DNA of 64,000 bases from a virus: IMG/VR virus record IMGVR_UViG_3300023174_000053, positions 32,001 to 96,000 of that record, one strand, 5' to 3'. The notes under the pieces were generated by a model. The model searched no databases and was not told where the DNA came from. It was given only the letters and a program-made list of their open reading frames with translations. Below are positions 48,451 through 58,218 of this stretch, piece after piece (the first letter of the stretch is position 1; each line of letters opens with the position of its first letter). The position numbers and the translations under genes were made by a program.

Positions 48451-48606
48451 TTACAAATTTTTTATCTTTTTCTTAACCGATTCTGGTGTTGCTTTTACTC
48501 TATAAACGACATCATCTCTTCGGGAAAGTTCTGTAAGAATCTCAGCAGAAATATCCCAGAGTTCAGATGAGTGTCGGTGATTATAAGGCCAGGTTATTTC
48601 AGTCAT
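48451..48606 (-). CDS. 51 aa hypothetical protein
   Basis: Hand-translated MTEITWPYNHRHSSELWDISAEILTELSRRD...; coupled to the mazG stop. Confidence 0.65.
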   Translation of the reverse strand: MTEITWPYNHRHSSELWDISAEILTELSRRDDVVYRVKATPESVKKKIKNL

Positions 48607-49016
48607 CAGATGTCTCCATCTTCACGATTTTCACTATAGTATGCGTCAAAAAATCCTTCGGGATAACGCTTCATTAGTTTATCAATATTTGTCTGAATAA
48701 CTTCATCAAAAGAAACTTCAAGAGCAATACAAGCCTGGGCAACATACCACAGAGTATCACCAAGTTCCTTGATTAAGTGAGTGCGAGTCTCATCGTTCCA
48801 AGGTTTACCCTGAAATAGCATTTTCTTTACGATTTCCAAAAACTCACCACCTTCGGCATTAATGCCGACACCAGCAGTCAAAAGTCTTTCAATATTAGCA
48901 CCTTTCTCATCAAGTTCTACCATACGGTCAGAAAGAGCAAGAAAATCTTTGGATGCGTCACTCGTAACAGCATCTACAAAGTTTTGATATTTACCAAAAT
49001 CAATTCGTTGAGTCAT
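48606..49016 (-). CDS. mazG: MazG-like NTP pyrophosphohydrolase
   Basis: AEGGEFLEIVKK, ELGDTLWY, NIDKLMKRYP. Confidence 0.93.
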   Translation of the reverse strand: MTQRIDFGKYQNFVDAVTSDASKDFLALSDRMVELDEKGANIERLLTAGVGINAEGGEFLEIVKKMLFQGKPWNDETRTHLIKELGDTLWYVAQACIALEVSFDEVIQTNIDKLMKRYPEGFFDAYYSENREDGDI

Positions 49017-49021
49017 ATTAG

Positions 49022-50398
49022 TTAAAATTTAAATCCTGAGAATTTGTCTGTTTTTTTGTCTTCTTCATAAGTATACTCTTCCTCTTGTCCAGAGTCAAGT
49101 ATATCTTTTTGAGCACTTTGTTCTACATCATAAAGACGCATTTTTGCTCTATCAATTCCAACTACAAATCTCTTATTCATAGTTGGGTCATTATATCTAT
49201 TCTTCAATTGTTTTACCATAATCTGTCCTAGTCCTTCCAACTCTTCTGTGCTAATAAGGGCAAACATAAGATCAGCAGTAGCAGGAAGACCAAAGGATTC
49301 ACTAGTATCAGTAAGGTCAGGATCAGAGCTAGAAAAACCACTACGAGTAGTCTGGGTAGCGGAAACAATTGGGACATTTGATTCAACTGCGAGACCACGG
49401 AGTTCTTCCGCAATTGCTTTAACATAAGAGTAAGAATTGACTGAAAAATTACTCTTATACCTTGAGGACCCACAAATATTAAGGTAGTCAATGAAAATAA
49501 TATCAGGTTTAAATGATTTCTTAAGAGAGAGTTCATTTAGAAGTGCCCTAAAGTGTCCTGCGTGTGCGGAAGCAGTTGGATACTCTTTGATAATCAAAGT
49601 TCCTTGTGTCTTCTTCGCAATATTATTTACTTTCGTATCAAACATCATTTTTGGTAATGTTTCGATATCTTTAATATTTACATTCAAAAGGTTTGCGTCA
49701 ATTCGTTCAGCAATTTTCTCTTCTGCCATTTCAAGCGTAATATACAATACGTTCCGTCCTTGGAGCAAGACGGAGCTAGCCACATGGCACATGAATAAAG
49801 ATTTCCCGACACCCGTACCAGCAAGTGCGATATTAAGAGTTTTGTTAGGGATACCCCCTTTGGTAATTTTGTTAAAATATTCCAAATCAAATGAGATTTT
49901 ATCTTCTTTTCTGTGATAAGAGTCATATCGTTCTTGGTAATCTTTTAGGTAATCGTGTCCAATGTGGCTATCAAATCCAATAGCAAGTGCTTCTTGTAAA
50001 ATTGTTGGAATGGAATCTCTAGACTTCTTTTCGTCTTGTCCATCAGCAATTTTGATACTTTCCATAAGAGCAAGATAGATTGCTCGGTCTTTACACCACT
50101 TTTCAGTAGTATCTACTAACCATTGTTTATCTGCTGGGTCATCATTAAGATTGGAAATATAATCACAAATAATTTTATAAGTATCCTCTGTGATATCAGT
50201 TCTTTTTTCTGTTTCAATCAAAAGAACTTCTTTTGTTGCGAGTTGTTCATAGGCAACAATAAACTTACAGATTTCTTCAAAAACTACTTTCTCGTGAAGG
50301 TTTTCAAAATATTCATTTTTAATAAAAGGTAATACTTTTCTACAATAATCATTATTGAAAAGTAAATTTCTCAAAATAGTAGTTTCGACTTTTTCCAT
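49022..50398 (-). CDS. replicative helicase gp41
   Basis: AGTGVGKS, ITLEM, IDYLNI, SATQTTR, SESFGLPATAD. Confidence 0.96.
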   Translation of the reverse strand: MEKVETTILRNLLFNNDYCRKVLPFIKNEYFENLHEKVVFEEICKFIVAYEQLATKEVLLIETEKRTDITEDTYKIICDYISNLNDDPADKQWLVDTTEKWCKDRAIYLALMESIKIADGQDEKKSRDSIPTILQEALAIGFDSHIGHDYLKDYQERYDSYHRKEDKISFDLEYFNKITKGGIPNKTLNIALAGTGVGKSLFMCHVASSVLLQGRNVLYITLEMAEEKIAERIDANLLNVNIKDIETLPKMMFDTKVNNIAKKTQGTLIIKEYPTASAHAGHFRALLNELSLKKSFKPDIIFIDYLNICGSSRYKSNFSVNSYSYVKAIAEELRGLAVESNVPIVSATQTTRSGFSSSDPDLTDTSESFGLPATADLMFALISTEELEGLGQIMVKQLKNRYNDPTMNKRFVVGIDRAKMRLYDVEQSAQKDILDSGQEEEYTYEEDKKTDKFSGFKF

Positions 50399-50409
50399 TA
50401 CTCCTCTAA

Positions 50410-50964
50410 CTATGGATTTCGTTTGTGGTGAGGAGCATCGAATACAAAAGTAATTCTAACTTCATCACCAATATTTTCAGCACTATGGGGAAGTTTATTG
50501 TTAAACCAAAAGAAAGTTCCTGGTTCAACAATCATAGTTTCATCCCCTACACTATACCTGTATTTTCCCTGAATGGAAAGGTGGTATCTATCTTTTGTAA
50601 GATAATAAGTTCCCTCATCAATATGAGAACCTACTATTTCCCCAACAGGCAAAGAAAGAAAAGCACAACGACGTATTTTCTTAAAATATGTCTTTAAGAA
50701 TTTAAGAACTTCTGTGTGCTTTTCGTATGCGGGTGTTTGAATACAAATTTCAGTATCACCAACATATTGTCCTTCCTTTTCTATTCCACCCATTATCAAT
50801 TGAAGAACATCAACCGTAACAGTATATTTTGTTGGGTCAAGTTGTTCTATTTTTTTATCTTTGATATTTTTCTGTGAACCCCAATCTTCTGGGTGCTTCT
50901 TTATTTGTTCTAATATTTTAGATACATCAATTCCAGTTTTTATAACTCGAATATTTTTCATCAT
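50410..50964 (-). CDS. aspartyl/asparaginyl beta-hydroxylase-like 2OG-Fe(II) oxygenase
   Basis: HID..Y...[21 protein letters not shown]. Confidence 0.85.
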   Translation of the reverse strand: MMKNIRVIKTGIDVSKILEQIKKHPEDWGSQKNIKDKKIEQLDPTKYTVTVDVLQLIMGGIEKEGQYVGDTEICIQTPAYEKHTEVLKFLKTYFKKIRRCAFLSLPVGEIVGSHIDEGTYYLTKDRYHLSIQGKYRYSVGDETMIVEPGTFFWFNNKLPHSAENIGDEVRITFVFDAPHHKRNP

Positions 50965-51962
50965 CCATAACTAAACTCTTTTCTTGCGATTTCGTCAAGT
51001 GCTTGCATTACTTCTGGAGTAAAATACTTTTCTGGATTTTTCAGTATTTCTTTTGCGTAAAGTTTTTTACCATCCATTTCGTACCTACCAGCAACATTCT
51101 TCCACAACCCACCCAATTCTCCAAGTTCAAGCAAACCATAATACCTATCAAGACCACGCTCATCATAGAACAAACGAATTTCAACATCTTGATTTTCTTT
51201 ACTTAGACGCGACTTAGCAGTCTTTGCCTTGATAATGTTTCCAATGACTTCTGTTCCTTCCTTCTCCTTTTTCTTTGAGAGATGAATGATGGTAGAAGCA
51301 GCATACTTAAGACCACTACCACCACCCATTTCTTTTGTTGGAACATAAGCACCAATAACATCATAGGTGTGATTGGTTACAATCATAGGAATTTTTGCCT
51401 TTCCGAGTTTCAATGTAACCATACGGAATGCACCTTTAATGAGTTGAGATTTGGTCATGTCCCTAACTTCTTTGTCATTCAGGGCATCACTAATCTCTTT
51501 ACTGGTGGAAAGCATACCTAAAGAATCCAGAACAAACATACAAGGACTGCGTTCCCCTTCAGGTTTCTTTAGGTAAAGGTCAACTGCCTTTAGTGCCGTG
51601 CCACGAAATTCTTCAACTGTGACCACATTGACAACAACCACTCTACTTGTGTCGATACCTCTACTCTCCAGTAAGGATCGTGTGATTGCAGCCTCAGTAT
51701 CAAAATACAAGCAGTATCCAGTAGGATTATTATCAAGAAAATTTTTGACCACTGCCAAACTGAAAAAAGTTTTTCCTGTAGAACTTTCACCTGCGATTGC
51801 AGTGATTTTATTACCAGATACACCACCAAAGATACTCCCAGACACAAGAGCATTAAATATGTACGAACCCGTATCCACATAAGTTTCAGTCTCGTCAATA
51901 TCTGCTGCAAGTTGTGTGTATTCTCCACCAATCTCTTTTACAATGTCTTTAAGAAAATCCAT
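50961..51962 (-). CDS. uvsX: RecA-like recombinase UvsX
   Basis: [30 protein letters not shown]. Confidence 0.95.
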   Translation of the reverse strand: MDFLKDIVKEIGGEYTQLAADIDETETYVDTGSYIFNALVSGSIFGGVSGNKITAIAGESSTGKTFFSLAVVKNFLDNNPTGYCLYFDTEAAITRSLLESRGIDTSRVVVVNVVTVEEFRGTALKAVDLYLKKPEGERSPCMFVLDSLGMLSTSKEISDALNDKEVRDMTKSQLIKGAFRMVTLKLGKAKIPMIVTNHTYDVIGAYVPTKEMGGGSGLKYAASTIIHLSKKKEKEGTEVIGNIIKAKTAKSRLSKENQDVEIRLFYDERGLDRYYGLLELGELGGLWKNVAGRYEMDGKKLYAKEILKNPEKYFTPEVMQALDEIARKEFSYG

Positions 51963-51964
51963 AG

Positions 51965-52087
51965 TTATTTACCTTTTTGATATTTGTAATTGAACCAATA
52001 GGCCCAAAGTTTATTATATAACTGTTTATTGCCTTTAACAGATTCTATAATATATTTACATTCTTCTTCTGTAATTGAAAGTTCCAT
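51965..52087 (-). CDS. 40 aa hypothetical protein
   Basis: Hand-translated [40 protein letters not shown]. Confidence 0.6.
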   Translation of the reverse strand: MELSITEEECKYIIESVKGNKQLYNKLWAYWFNYKYQKGK

Positions 52088-53196
52088 TATCCAAAAAATG
52101 ATTCAAGGTTTACTGTTTTTTCTACTTTCCAGTTAATTGCATCCAAAATTACTTTCATTGGTTCCAAAAATGCTTTACTGAATTGTAAGTCATAATCAAT
52201 ATATTTGTCTAGTCCAAATTCTTTTGGGAATTCTTGAATATAAGAAATAACATTCTCACGAATTGGATTTGGAAGTTTTAAATAGCAAAATTTAATCTTC
52301 TCACCATTTTGAATCTTTGCATATTTCTTATCCAATTTCTTTTCTTTAATTAGATGATTATAGAGAATTGCTCCTCTTGCGTGAATAGGAGTTCCTTTAC
52401 AATAAAGAGTTGATGAAGATTTATGTTTATCTACGTCATTAATTGAACGTGGAAATGAAATTTCTTCTGGGGGAAGTTCATTAAATGCTTTACGAAAATT
52501 ATCTATAAAAGAAATCATTTCGTCTTCTGTTTTAGTCATTACAATTTTAAGAGCATCCTTAATCTTTTGACGACAAGGAGCAGGAGTAGAAGATTTGACT
52601 GCTTCCAATCCCATAATTTTTAATTTAGGTTCATCATACCTAACACCCTCACTATCCCAAACATTCAGAATGTATCGTTTTTTGGCAGTCCAGATTCCAC
52701 GGTCGGCAATATTCTCCCGTTTCATCTGCATCTTCTGGTCGTATGCATTTACATAGTCTGCCAGTTCTTGGTAAGAACTCTCAATATATTTTTCAAATTC
52801 CACCTCACAGACCTTATCAAGGAACCCAACAATTTCCTCAGTAGTTTTTTCTCTTCCTTTGTATACAGTCTCGACAAAAGGACCCATATTAAGGTAGATA
52901 GAATCAGTATCAGAAGCAATAACATAATCAACATCATTTGTTTTAAGAATTTTGTTTAGGTATGAATTCATTTTACGTTCAATCCAACGAATGGAAACTT
53001 GCCCAGACATTGTAATTGCTTCAGCATTTGCTAGTTTATAATACCTGAAATACTGATTACCGATAGCACCATACAAACTATTAATTTGTATCTTTCTAGC
53101 CATTTGGTTATTTGTATATTTTGATATATTTTTTATGCAATTTTGACGAAGTTTTTTCAACTCATCTGATGATATTTTAGAATAATCAATTTCCAT
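52087..53196 (-). CDS. DNA polymerase gp43, C-terminal part (gp43B)
   Basis: KIQINSLYGAIGN (motif B), SDTDS (motif C), KKRYILN. Confidence 0.95.
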   Translation of the reverse strand: MEIDYSKISSDELKKLRQNCIKNISKYTNNQMARKIQINSLYGAIGNQYFRYYKLANAEAITMSGQVSIRWIERKMNSYLNKILKTNDVDYVIASDTDSIYLNMGPFVETVYKGREKTTEEIVGFLDKVCEVEFEKYIESSYQELADYVNAYDQKMQMKRENIADRGIWTAKKRYILNVWDSEGVRYDEPKLKIMGLEAVKSSTPAPCRQKIKDALKIVMTKTEDEMISFIDNFRKAFNELPPEEISFPRSINDVDKHKSSSTLYCKGTPIHARGAILYNHLIKEKKLDKKYAKIQNGEKIKFCYLKLPNPIRENVISYIQEFPKEFGLDKYIDYDLQFSKAFLEPMKVILDAINWKVEKTVNLESFFG

Positions 53197-53872
53197 AATA
53201 TTTTTCCAAAGGAATACTTCTCCACATCAAAACTCTTGTTATATTTGAATTTTTTGCTCCATCTTTTCTGTAAAGATTTTGATTAGAAATCCAAATATTA
53301 AATTCTTTTTCACTCATAGAAATAAATTTTAATTTTGTATTTTTTCTAGTTTCTGATATTTTTTTTGATTTTTCTGGAGGACAAGGTAAAGATTTTCTAT
53401 TTTTGGGATACTCTATCTTCATTCCAATTTTTTTTTGTCTCATTTTTTCTATTCCATTTTTAATGACCTCATCATTAGCACCAAAATATTTTTTTCCCGA
53501 CATATCATTTCTTTTTTTACCTGTCCTAATTTTAGACAAACATTTTCTGGCAATTTCATATTGTCTAGATGTATATGTTCTTTCTTGCAAATCATTTGAA
53601 ACACACATCATAGCAAATGCAGACCCCATATTAAATGTTTTTCTATTTCTAATACCATATCTTTTCAAACATATTTTATAAAGTAACCAATGTGCTAAAA
53701 AATGTTCTCTTGCAGTCAAATAGACAATTCTATCATTTTTGCCATATATTGATATTGGAAAAATATGATGCCCCTCAAGATAAAGACCATCATAATTTTT
53801 TTTCCAATTTCGATTTTCTGTGAATTTGACTAATTTGCAATATATTTTTAAATAATTCATATTAGACTTCAA
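53186..53872 (-). CDS. HNH homing endonuclease inside the split polymerase locus
   Basis: YLEGHHIFP..LTAREHFLAHWLL (MobE-like); likely start MNYLKIY at 53860. Confidence 0.85.
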   Translation of the reverse strand: MKSNMNYLKIYCKLVKFTENRNWKKNYDGLYLEGHHIFPISIYGKNDRIVYLTAREHFLAHWLLYKICLKRYGIRNRKTFNMGSAFAMMCVSNDLQERTYTSRQYEIARKCLSKIRTGKKRNDMSGKKYFGANDEVIKNGIEKMRQKKIGMKIEYPKNRKSLPCPPEKSKKISETRKNTKLKFISMSEKEFNIWISNQNLYRKDGAKNSNITRVLMWRSIPLEKYYGN

Positions 53873-53908
53873 TACACTTTATTATTTATATTATAAAGTA
53901 TTTAAGTC
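53865..53908 (-). promoter_or_regulatory. late promoter TATAAATA (53883-53890) inside an imperfect inverted repeat
   Basis: GACTTAAATACTTTAT...ATAAAGTGTATTGAAGTC on the minus strand. Confidence 0.65.
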
Positions 53909-55366
53909 AATACCACGTTTTTTTAACTCATTTTCAATTTCTTCTAATTTTGATTTTTCTTTCAACATTTCCTTTTTGAAAAATTGTCGATCATTAAATA
54001 TATTCTCAACAAGTTCTGGAAATATCCCTCTTTTGGTTGTATCATACATACAACCATTAGCAGAAACACATTTACCTTCAATATTTTCTATAACAATTTC
54101 CTTGTTGAGTAATTTATCAACAGTTATTCCTGGATATTTTTCATCTAAAAGAGTTTCTGGAGAAATATTATATTGCATAATAAGAGAAGGATATAGAGAT
54201 GTTAAATCAAAACTCACAATCCAATCATACTTTCCAGGAATCGGTTCCTTGACATATGCCCCCGCAAATTTATCACTCTTTTCTGAACGGTCTTTAGGAG
54301 GAATAACAATATTCCTTTTCTTCAAGTAGTTATAAATGATTGCATCCCAAGTTCTTACCTGAAAGAACACATCATTAAAATTAACCTTAGCATCATAAGC
54401 CATCGTAAAACATAGTTCGATAAGTTTCATCTTATCTTCTAATTGGTCTACAAGTTCTACGTCTCGAATATTATAATCAATAAACTTCTGCCAATCTTTT
54501 GTATAAAAATCTTTAAAAGTCTCAAATTCAGAGTGGTCCAATTTCTTTTGACCTAGTTCCACATTCGCAATATGATCTAGACGATAAGATTCCTGTGCCT
54601 TATAAGTAAATTTCTTATAAAGGTCAAGGTAATCAATTACAGAAACCCCAGCAACTTCATAAGAGATTTGTTCTCTTCCTTTAATTACAAGTTCTTTTCT
54701 GCGAATATTTCCCCAAGGAGAAAGACGACGTGCTTCCTTTTCTCCGAGAATTCTATCAATTCTTCCAGCAATATAAGGAATATCATACAACTCACAGTTC
54801 CAACCTGTAATCACATCAGGAGTTTCTCTTTCCCAAAATGCGAGAAAGTGCTGAATCAAATCAATCTCATCCCTACACTCAACATACACAACGTCCTTAC
54901 GAGTATTAATATAAGGACGAGAAGCAAAACAAATAATATGCTTTGTTGAGTAGTTTTGTAGTGTGATTGCTAGAAGTTCTTCGGCACAATCAAATACATT
55001 TGGGAATCCATTCTCAGAAGCAACCTCAATGTCAATTGTTACGAGACGAATTTTTTTAATATCAAACTTAATCTCATCTTCTGGATATGTTTGAGAAATA
55101 TATTGTGCTTTGTAATTATCATTACCATAAACAGTAAATCCTTCTACATTTTCATATTTCTTCAAAAATTCCTTACAATCTGAAATCTTTCCAGGTTGAA
55201 TTGGTTCAACACTCGACCCATCAAGAGTTTTATACTTACTTTGTTTTTTAGAAGTCACATACAGAGTTGGTTGAAACTCTTCCTCTGACTGAAAATACCT
55301 ACCGTCTTCATAACCACGAACCAACATTTTATTAAATTTTTCATAGACGTTGGTATAAAATCTCAT
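53891..55366 (-). CDS. DNA polymerase gp43, N-terminal part (gp43A: exonuclease + motif A)
   Basis: TIDIE, GWNCELYDIPY, YNIRDV, SFDLTSLYPS. Confidence 0.95.
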   Translation of the reverse strand: MRFYTNVYEKFNKMLVRGYEDGRYFQSEEEFQPTLYVTSKKQSKYKTLDGSSVEPIQPGKISDCKEFLKKYENVEGFTVYGNDNYKAQYISQTYPEDEIKFDIKKIRLVTIDIEVASENGFPNVFDCAEELLAITLQNYSTKHIICFASRPYINTRKDVVYVECRDEIDLIQHFLAFWERETPDVITGWNCELYDIPYIAGRIDRILGEKEARRLSPWGNIRRKELVIKGREQISYEVAGVSVIDYLDLYKKFTYKAQESYRLDHIANVELGQKKLDHSEFETFKDFYTKDWQKFIDYNIRDVELVDQLEDKMKLIELCFTMAYDAKVNFNDVFFQVRTWDAIIYNYLKKRNIVIPPKDRSEKSDKFAGAYVKEPIPGKYDWIVSFDLTSLYPSLIMQYNISPETLLDEKYPGITVDKLLNKEIVIENIEGKCVSANGCMYDTTKRGIFPELVENIFNDRQFFKKEMLKEKSKLEEIENELKKRGIDLNTL

Positions 55367-55686
55367 TTTGTAAGTTCAGTATATTCATTAAGTAGTTCTT
55401 TTGTGGGTTCAACGAGAGTTAAAATCTTATCCGAACTCATCATAATTTCTTTGTCATTTGTAATTCTATTCAACCAAGGGGAAAGACTTCCGTCATCGGA
55501 AATCAAATATGGTTTTATTAACCTACAATTTGGTTCTCCAAAATCAACTAATACTTCTTGAATTTCAGTGATTAAATTCAACTGATTCATTAAGATGAGA
55601 ACTTGAACTATCGGGTCCGACATCATCGGTTCTTCCGATGGTTCCCCCATCATTTGATCCACTGACATTGTAATTTCCTCTTCCAT
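55363..55686 (-). CDS. conserved hypothetical protein (Sm-like barrel)
   Basis: LIKPY..LSPW...ILTLVEPT; paralogous to its neighbour. Confidence 0.75.
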   Translation of the reverse strand: MEEEITMSVDQMMGEPSEEPMMSDPIVQVLILMNQLNLITEIQEVLVDFGEPNCRLIKPYLISDDGSLSPWLNRITNDKEIMMSSDKILTLVEPTKELLNEYTELTK

Positions 55687-55990
55687 TCATTCTCTCCTCA
55701 TAAGATTTTTTTAAAGTTGCTGCTGGTTCTACAATTGTAACTACCCAATCTGGGTTAATCGCAATATCAGTATCATCGGACAAAGGAACCCAAGGATATA
55801 CTGAGATATTATATGCTCTCGTTTCTGGTTGCTCTGAATCTTCCATCAATACTTGTGGTTGAGTCAGTTTAACAACATAAGGATTAGAAAAAATATAAGA
55901 AACAATTTTATTTGTTTCTTCTGAAATTGCTTCTCTAATATCTGCGATTACATCTTCACCAGATTTTAATAATGCTAGTTTTACAGTCAT
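55565..55990 (-). CDS. conserved hypothetical protein (Sm-like barrel)
   Basis: LLKSGEDVIA, PWVPLS, WVVTIVEP. Confidence 0.8.
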   Translation of the reverse strand: MTVKLALLKSGEDVIADIREAISEETNKIVSYIFSNPYVVKLTQPQVLMEDSEQPETRAYNISVYPWVPLSDDTDIAINPDWVVTIVEPAATLKKSYEERMNGRGNYNVSGSNDGGTIGRTDDVGPDSSSSHLNESVEFNH

Positions 55991-56094
55991 TTTATTCCCA
56001 TACCTGTTGTAATTTTACCAAAAAAATAGGGGAGTGTCAAACTGGTTTGTGCCAGTTACTCCCCTGCAGCGACGATAGTTTAACTCAATACTAT

Positions 56095-56538
56095 TTAGTT
56101 AAGTTGATAAACCTTTTTCTTTTGGTGTTCTGGAATAACTCTATTTAGTTTGATTGTGAGTAATCCATTCTCAAAGGAAACATCTTTAACTTCTACATCA
56201 TCAGATAAAGTCCAACTGCGGGTGAATGCCCTCTTTGCTAATCCTTGATGCAGATACTCATCATCAGTATCACTAACTTTCTTTGCTTCTATAAAGAGTT
56301 TATTCCATTCTGTAGTAACTTCAATATCTTCTCTCTTATATCCAGCAAGTGCGATTTCTAATCTAAATTCAACACTACTTTCTTTGACTAAATTGTATGG
56401 TGGATAGTTTGTGTGCGTATCAAACGCAGTATCAAACCTCTTAAACCACTCATCCATCCCAATACTATTCTTTTGAATTTCCAACAAATACTTTGCAGTT
56501 TGTGGTACTGTGAGCGTAAACGAATCTGTTCCAAACAT
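56095..56538 (-). CDS. small heat-shock protein Hsp20
   Basis: YPPYNL, LAGY, F.RSWTL, NGLLTI. Confidence 0.93.
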   Translation of the reverse strand: MFGTDSFTLTVPQTAKYLLEIQKNSIGMDEWFKRFDTAFDTHTNYPPYNLVKESSVEFRLEIALAGYKREDIEVTTEWNKLFIEAKKVSDTDDEYLHQGLAKRAFTRSWTLSDDVEVKDVSFENGLLTIKLNRVIPEHQKKKVYQLN

Positions 56539-56541
56539 AAT

Positions 56542-56590
56542 AGACCTCCTTAAAGCGTCTGTAAGTGTATAATGTCCCCGAAGGCAACAT
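56542..56590 (-). promoter_or_regulatory. hsp20 5' leader: cUUCGg hairpin plus SD-sequestering hairpin
   Basis: ATGTTGCC-TTCG-GGGACAT; AGACGCTTTAAGGAGGTCT. Confidence 0.5.
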
Positions 56591-56643
56591 CATTAGTATA
56601 TATCACAGAACATAAAAAAGGGAGTGTTGATCTCCTTACTTTC

Positions 56644-57087
56644 TTATTCGGTTTCTTCTTCCACCCGTTTTTTCTTCGCACCAATATTATATTTGGTTTC
56701 CAAAATCCATTCTGCTTTATCTTTATAAGCAAGAACTTTGATTTGATTTAATGGAGCAATATCAGTAATACCTTCTGGTTTGACGATTGTAATCAATCCC
56801 CAATCACCAAGAAGTTGAATGATACGATTGCGACGTTGTACGTCATTTACAGTAAGATTTGCGTGTTTGCCATCTAAAGCAAACAATTCTTTAAAATGTA
56901 CAAGATAGTATCTACCTTGCTTATGAAGAATATGGCAAGACTGATAAATTTTCTTTTCCTTACGAGATGCAACCCCAATACGAGTGAGTGTTTCACGAAC
57001 CTTCAAAAAATCATCAGGTTCATTCAAAATCACTTCAACCATTTGGTCTTGCGACCAAATCACAATAGGTTCATTTACAACACTCAT
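56644..57087 (-). CDS. regA: translational repressor RegA
   Basis: FLKVRETLTRIG, QSCHILHKQG, HFKELF. Confidence 0.96.
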   Translation of the reverse strand: MSVVNEPIVIWSQDQMVEVILNEPDDFLKVRETLTRIGVASRKEKKIYQSCHILHKQGRYYLVHFKELFALDGKHANLTVNDVQRRNRIIQLLGDWGLITIVKPEGITDIAPLNQIKVLAYKDKAEWILETKYNIGAKKKRVEEETE

Positions 57088-57470
57088 TTTGTTCCTCCAG
57101 TTTCAAGTTTTGATTTAATAAAATCTAGTTGTGTTTTTGTCAGAATTCTCAAAGCTTGTTTTGCCTTCTCATTACTATAACCATAGTAAGATTTGACTAT
57201 TTCAAGGTCTTTAATTTTTTCTTGTTTTAACCAAGGAGAGAATCTCTTCTTTTTCCTAATTATATTTATAAAAAAATCATATTGAAGTTTCTTATCTAAT
57301 GAGGAGAACTTATTCATCTCATTTGCGTACATCAAACAATCAATATGTCCCGACAAACATCTGTTAATAATATAAGGAGCATACTCCTTTGTAGAGGATG
57401 GGTCTTCATCCATAATATTTTTTTTATTTTGATTGATTGAGTTCAACCAATCCTTCAGTTCAATTTTCAT
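57084..57470 (-). CDS. clamp loader small subunit gp62
   Basis: LKDWLNSIN, YAPYIINRCLS, YYGYS; start MKIELKDW. Confidence 0.92.
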   Translation of the reverse strand: MKIELKDWLNSINQNKKNIMDEDPSSTKEYAPYIINRCLSGHIDCLMYANEMNKFSSLDKKLQYDFFINIIRKKKRFSPWLKQEKIKDLEIVKSYYGYSNEKAKQALRILTKTQLDFIKSKLETGGTK

Positions 57471-57618
57471 TCGTATAAGTTGCTGGATGAAAATTACAAT
57501 ACTCATTAAACACAATCTTACATTCTTTGTTAGTAAGATTACAATGCTGTGCTGCTTTTGGAAGATTCCACTTAGCAACAAAAAGCATTTCCATTGCTTC
57601 TCTAGTTTCAGGTCTCAT
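57460..57618 (-). CDS. 52 aa HTH-like hypothetical protein
   Basis: Hand-translated MRPETREAMEMLFVAKWNLPKAAQHCNLT... Confidence 0.65.
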   Translation of the reverse strand: MRPETREAMEMLFVAKWNLPKAAQHCNLTNKECKIVFNEYCNFHPATYTNEN

Positions 57619-57624
57619 TTGAAA

Positions 57625-58218
57625 TTACACTTCATCATTTTTTTTCTGTATATCAATGATACTGGGTTTAACATCTTTTTTTGGAGTATTTAAACGAGTA
57701 AATCCAGATTCTTCAATTTTTTTATACCAAGTATTACCAAAAAATTTAGTAGCAGATACTTTTTTTGGATTTACTCTTATACTTCCACCTTTATTTTTAC
57801 TTTGCCACTGCACATTTTTAGATTTGCCAGGAGGCAGTTTTATTAAAATATCTTTGGGGTCTTCAAATTCTACTTCTTCGCAACAAACATATACCAAAAA
57901 AGAACTACTCAATTGTTCATCAGTTGGAATTTTATCATAAGTATAAACATAATGTAATCCAAAACCCTCTCCTTCTCTAGGATGAACTTTTTTTTGGAGA
58001 AGTTTGGTTGCAGGGTCTTTAAGAATAATATTTCCACAATCATCCATCTCATATATTTTATTTTTACGATAACGTTGAGAAGGATGAGGGATGCTACACC
58101 AATGAACTCTAATATCACTACCGTCCTCTATCAATGCATCTTGCAATAGGTTAGCGCATGTACATGTTCCAACGTGTGGCGCAAATGCATCCTTAAAAAC
58201 ATACTTAATTTTTTTCAT
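57625..58218 (-). CDS. unknown protein inserted after gp44
   Basis: ATGA overlap with the gp44 stop; no family recognised. Confidence 0.65.
   Translation of the reverse strand: MKKIKYVFKDAFAPHVGTCTCANLLQDALIEDGSDIRVHWCSIPHPSQRYRKNKIYEMDDCGNIILKDPATKLLQKKVHPREGEGFGLHYVYTYDKIPTDEQLSSSFLVYVCCEEVEFEDPKDILIKLPPGKSKNVQWQSKNKGGSIRVNPKKVSATKFFGNTWYKKIEESGFTRLNTPKKDVKPSIIDIQKKNDEV

Noticed and set aside
53186-53891. Group I intron or split intein in gp43
   Set aside because: No non-coding room for a ribozyme core and no intein terminal motifs
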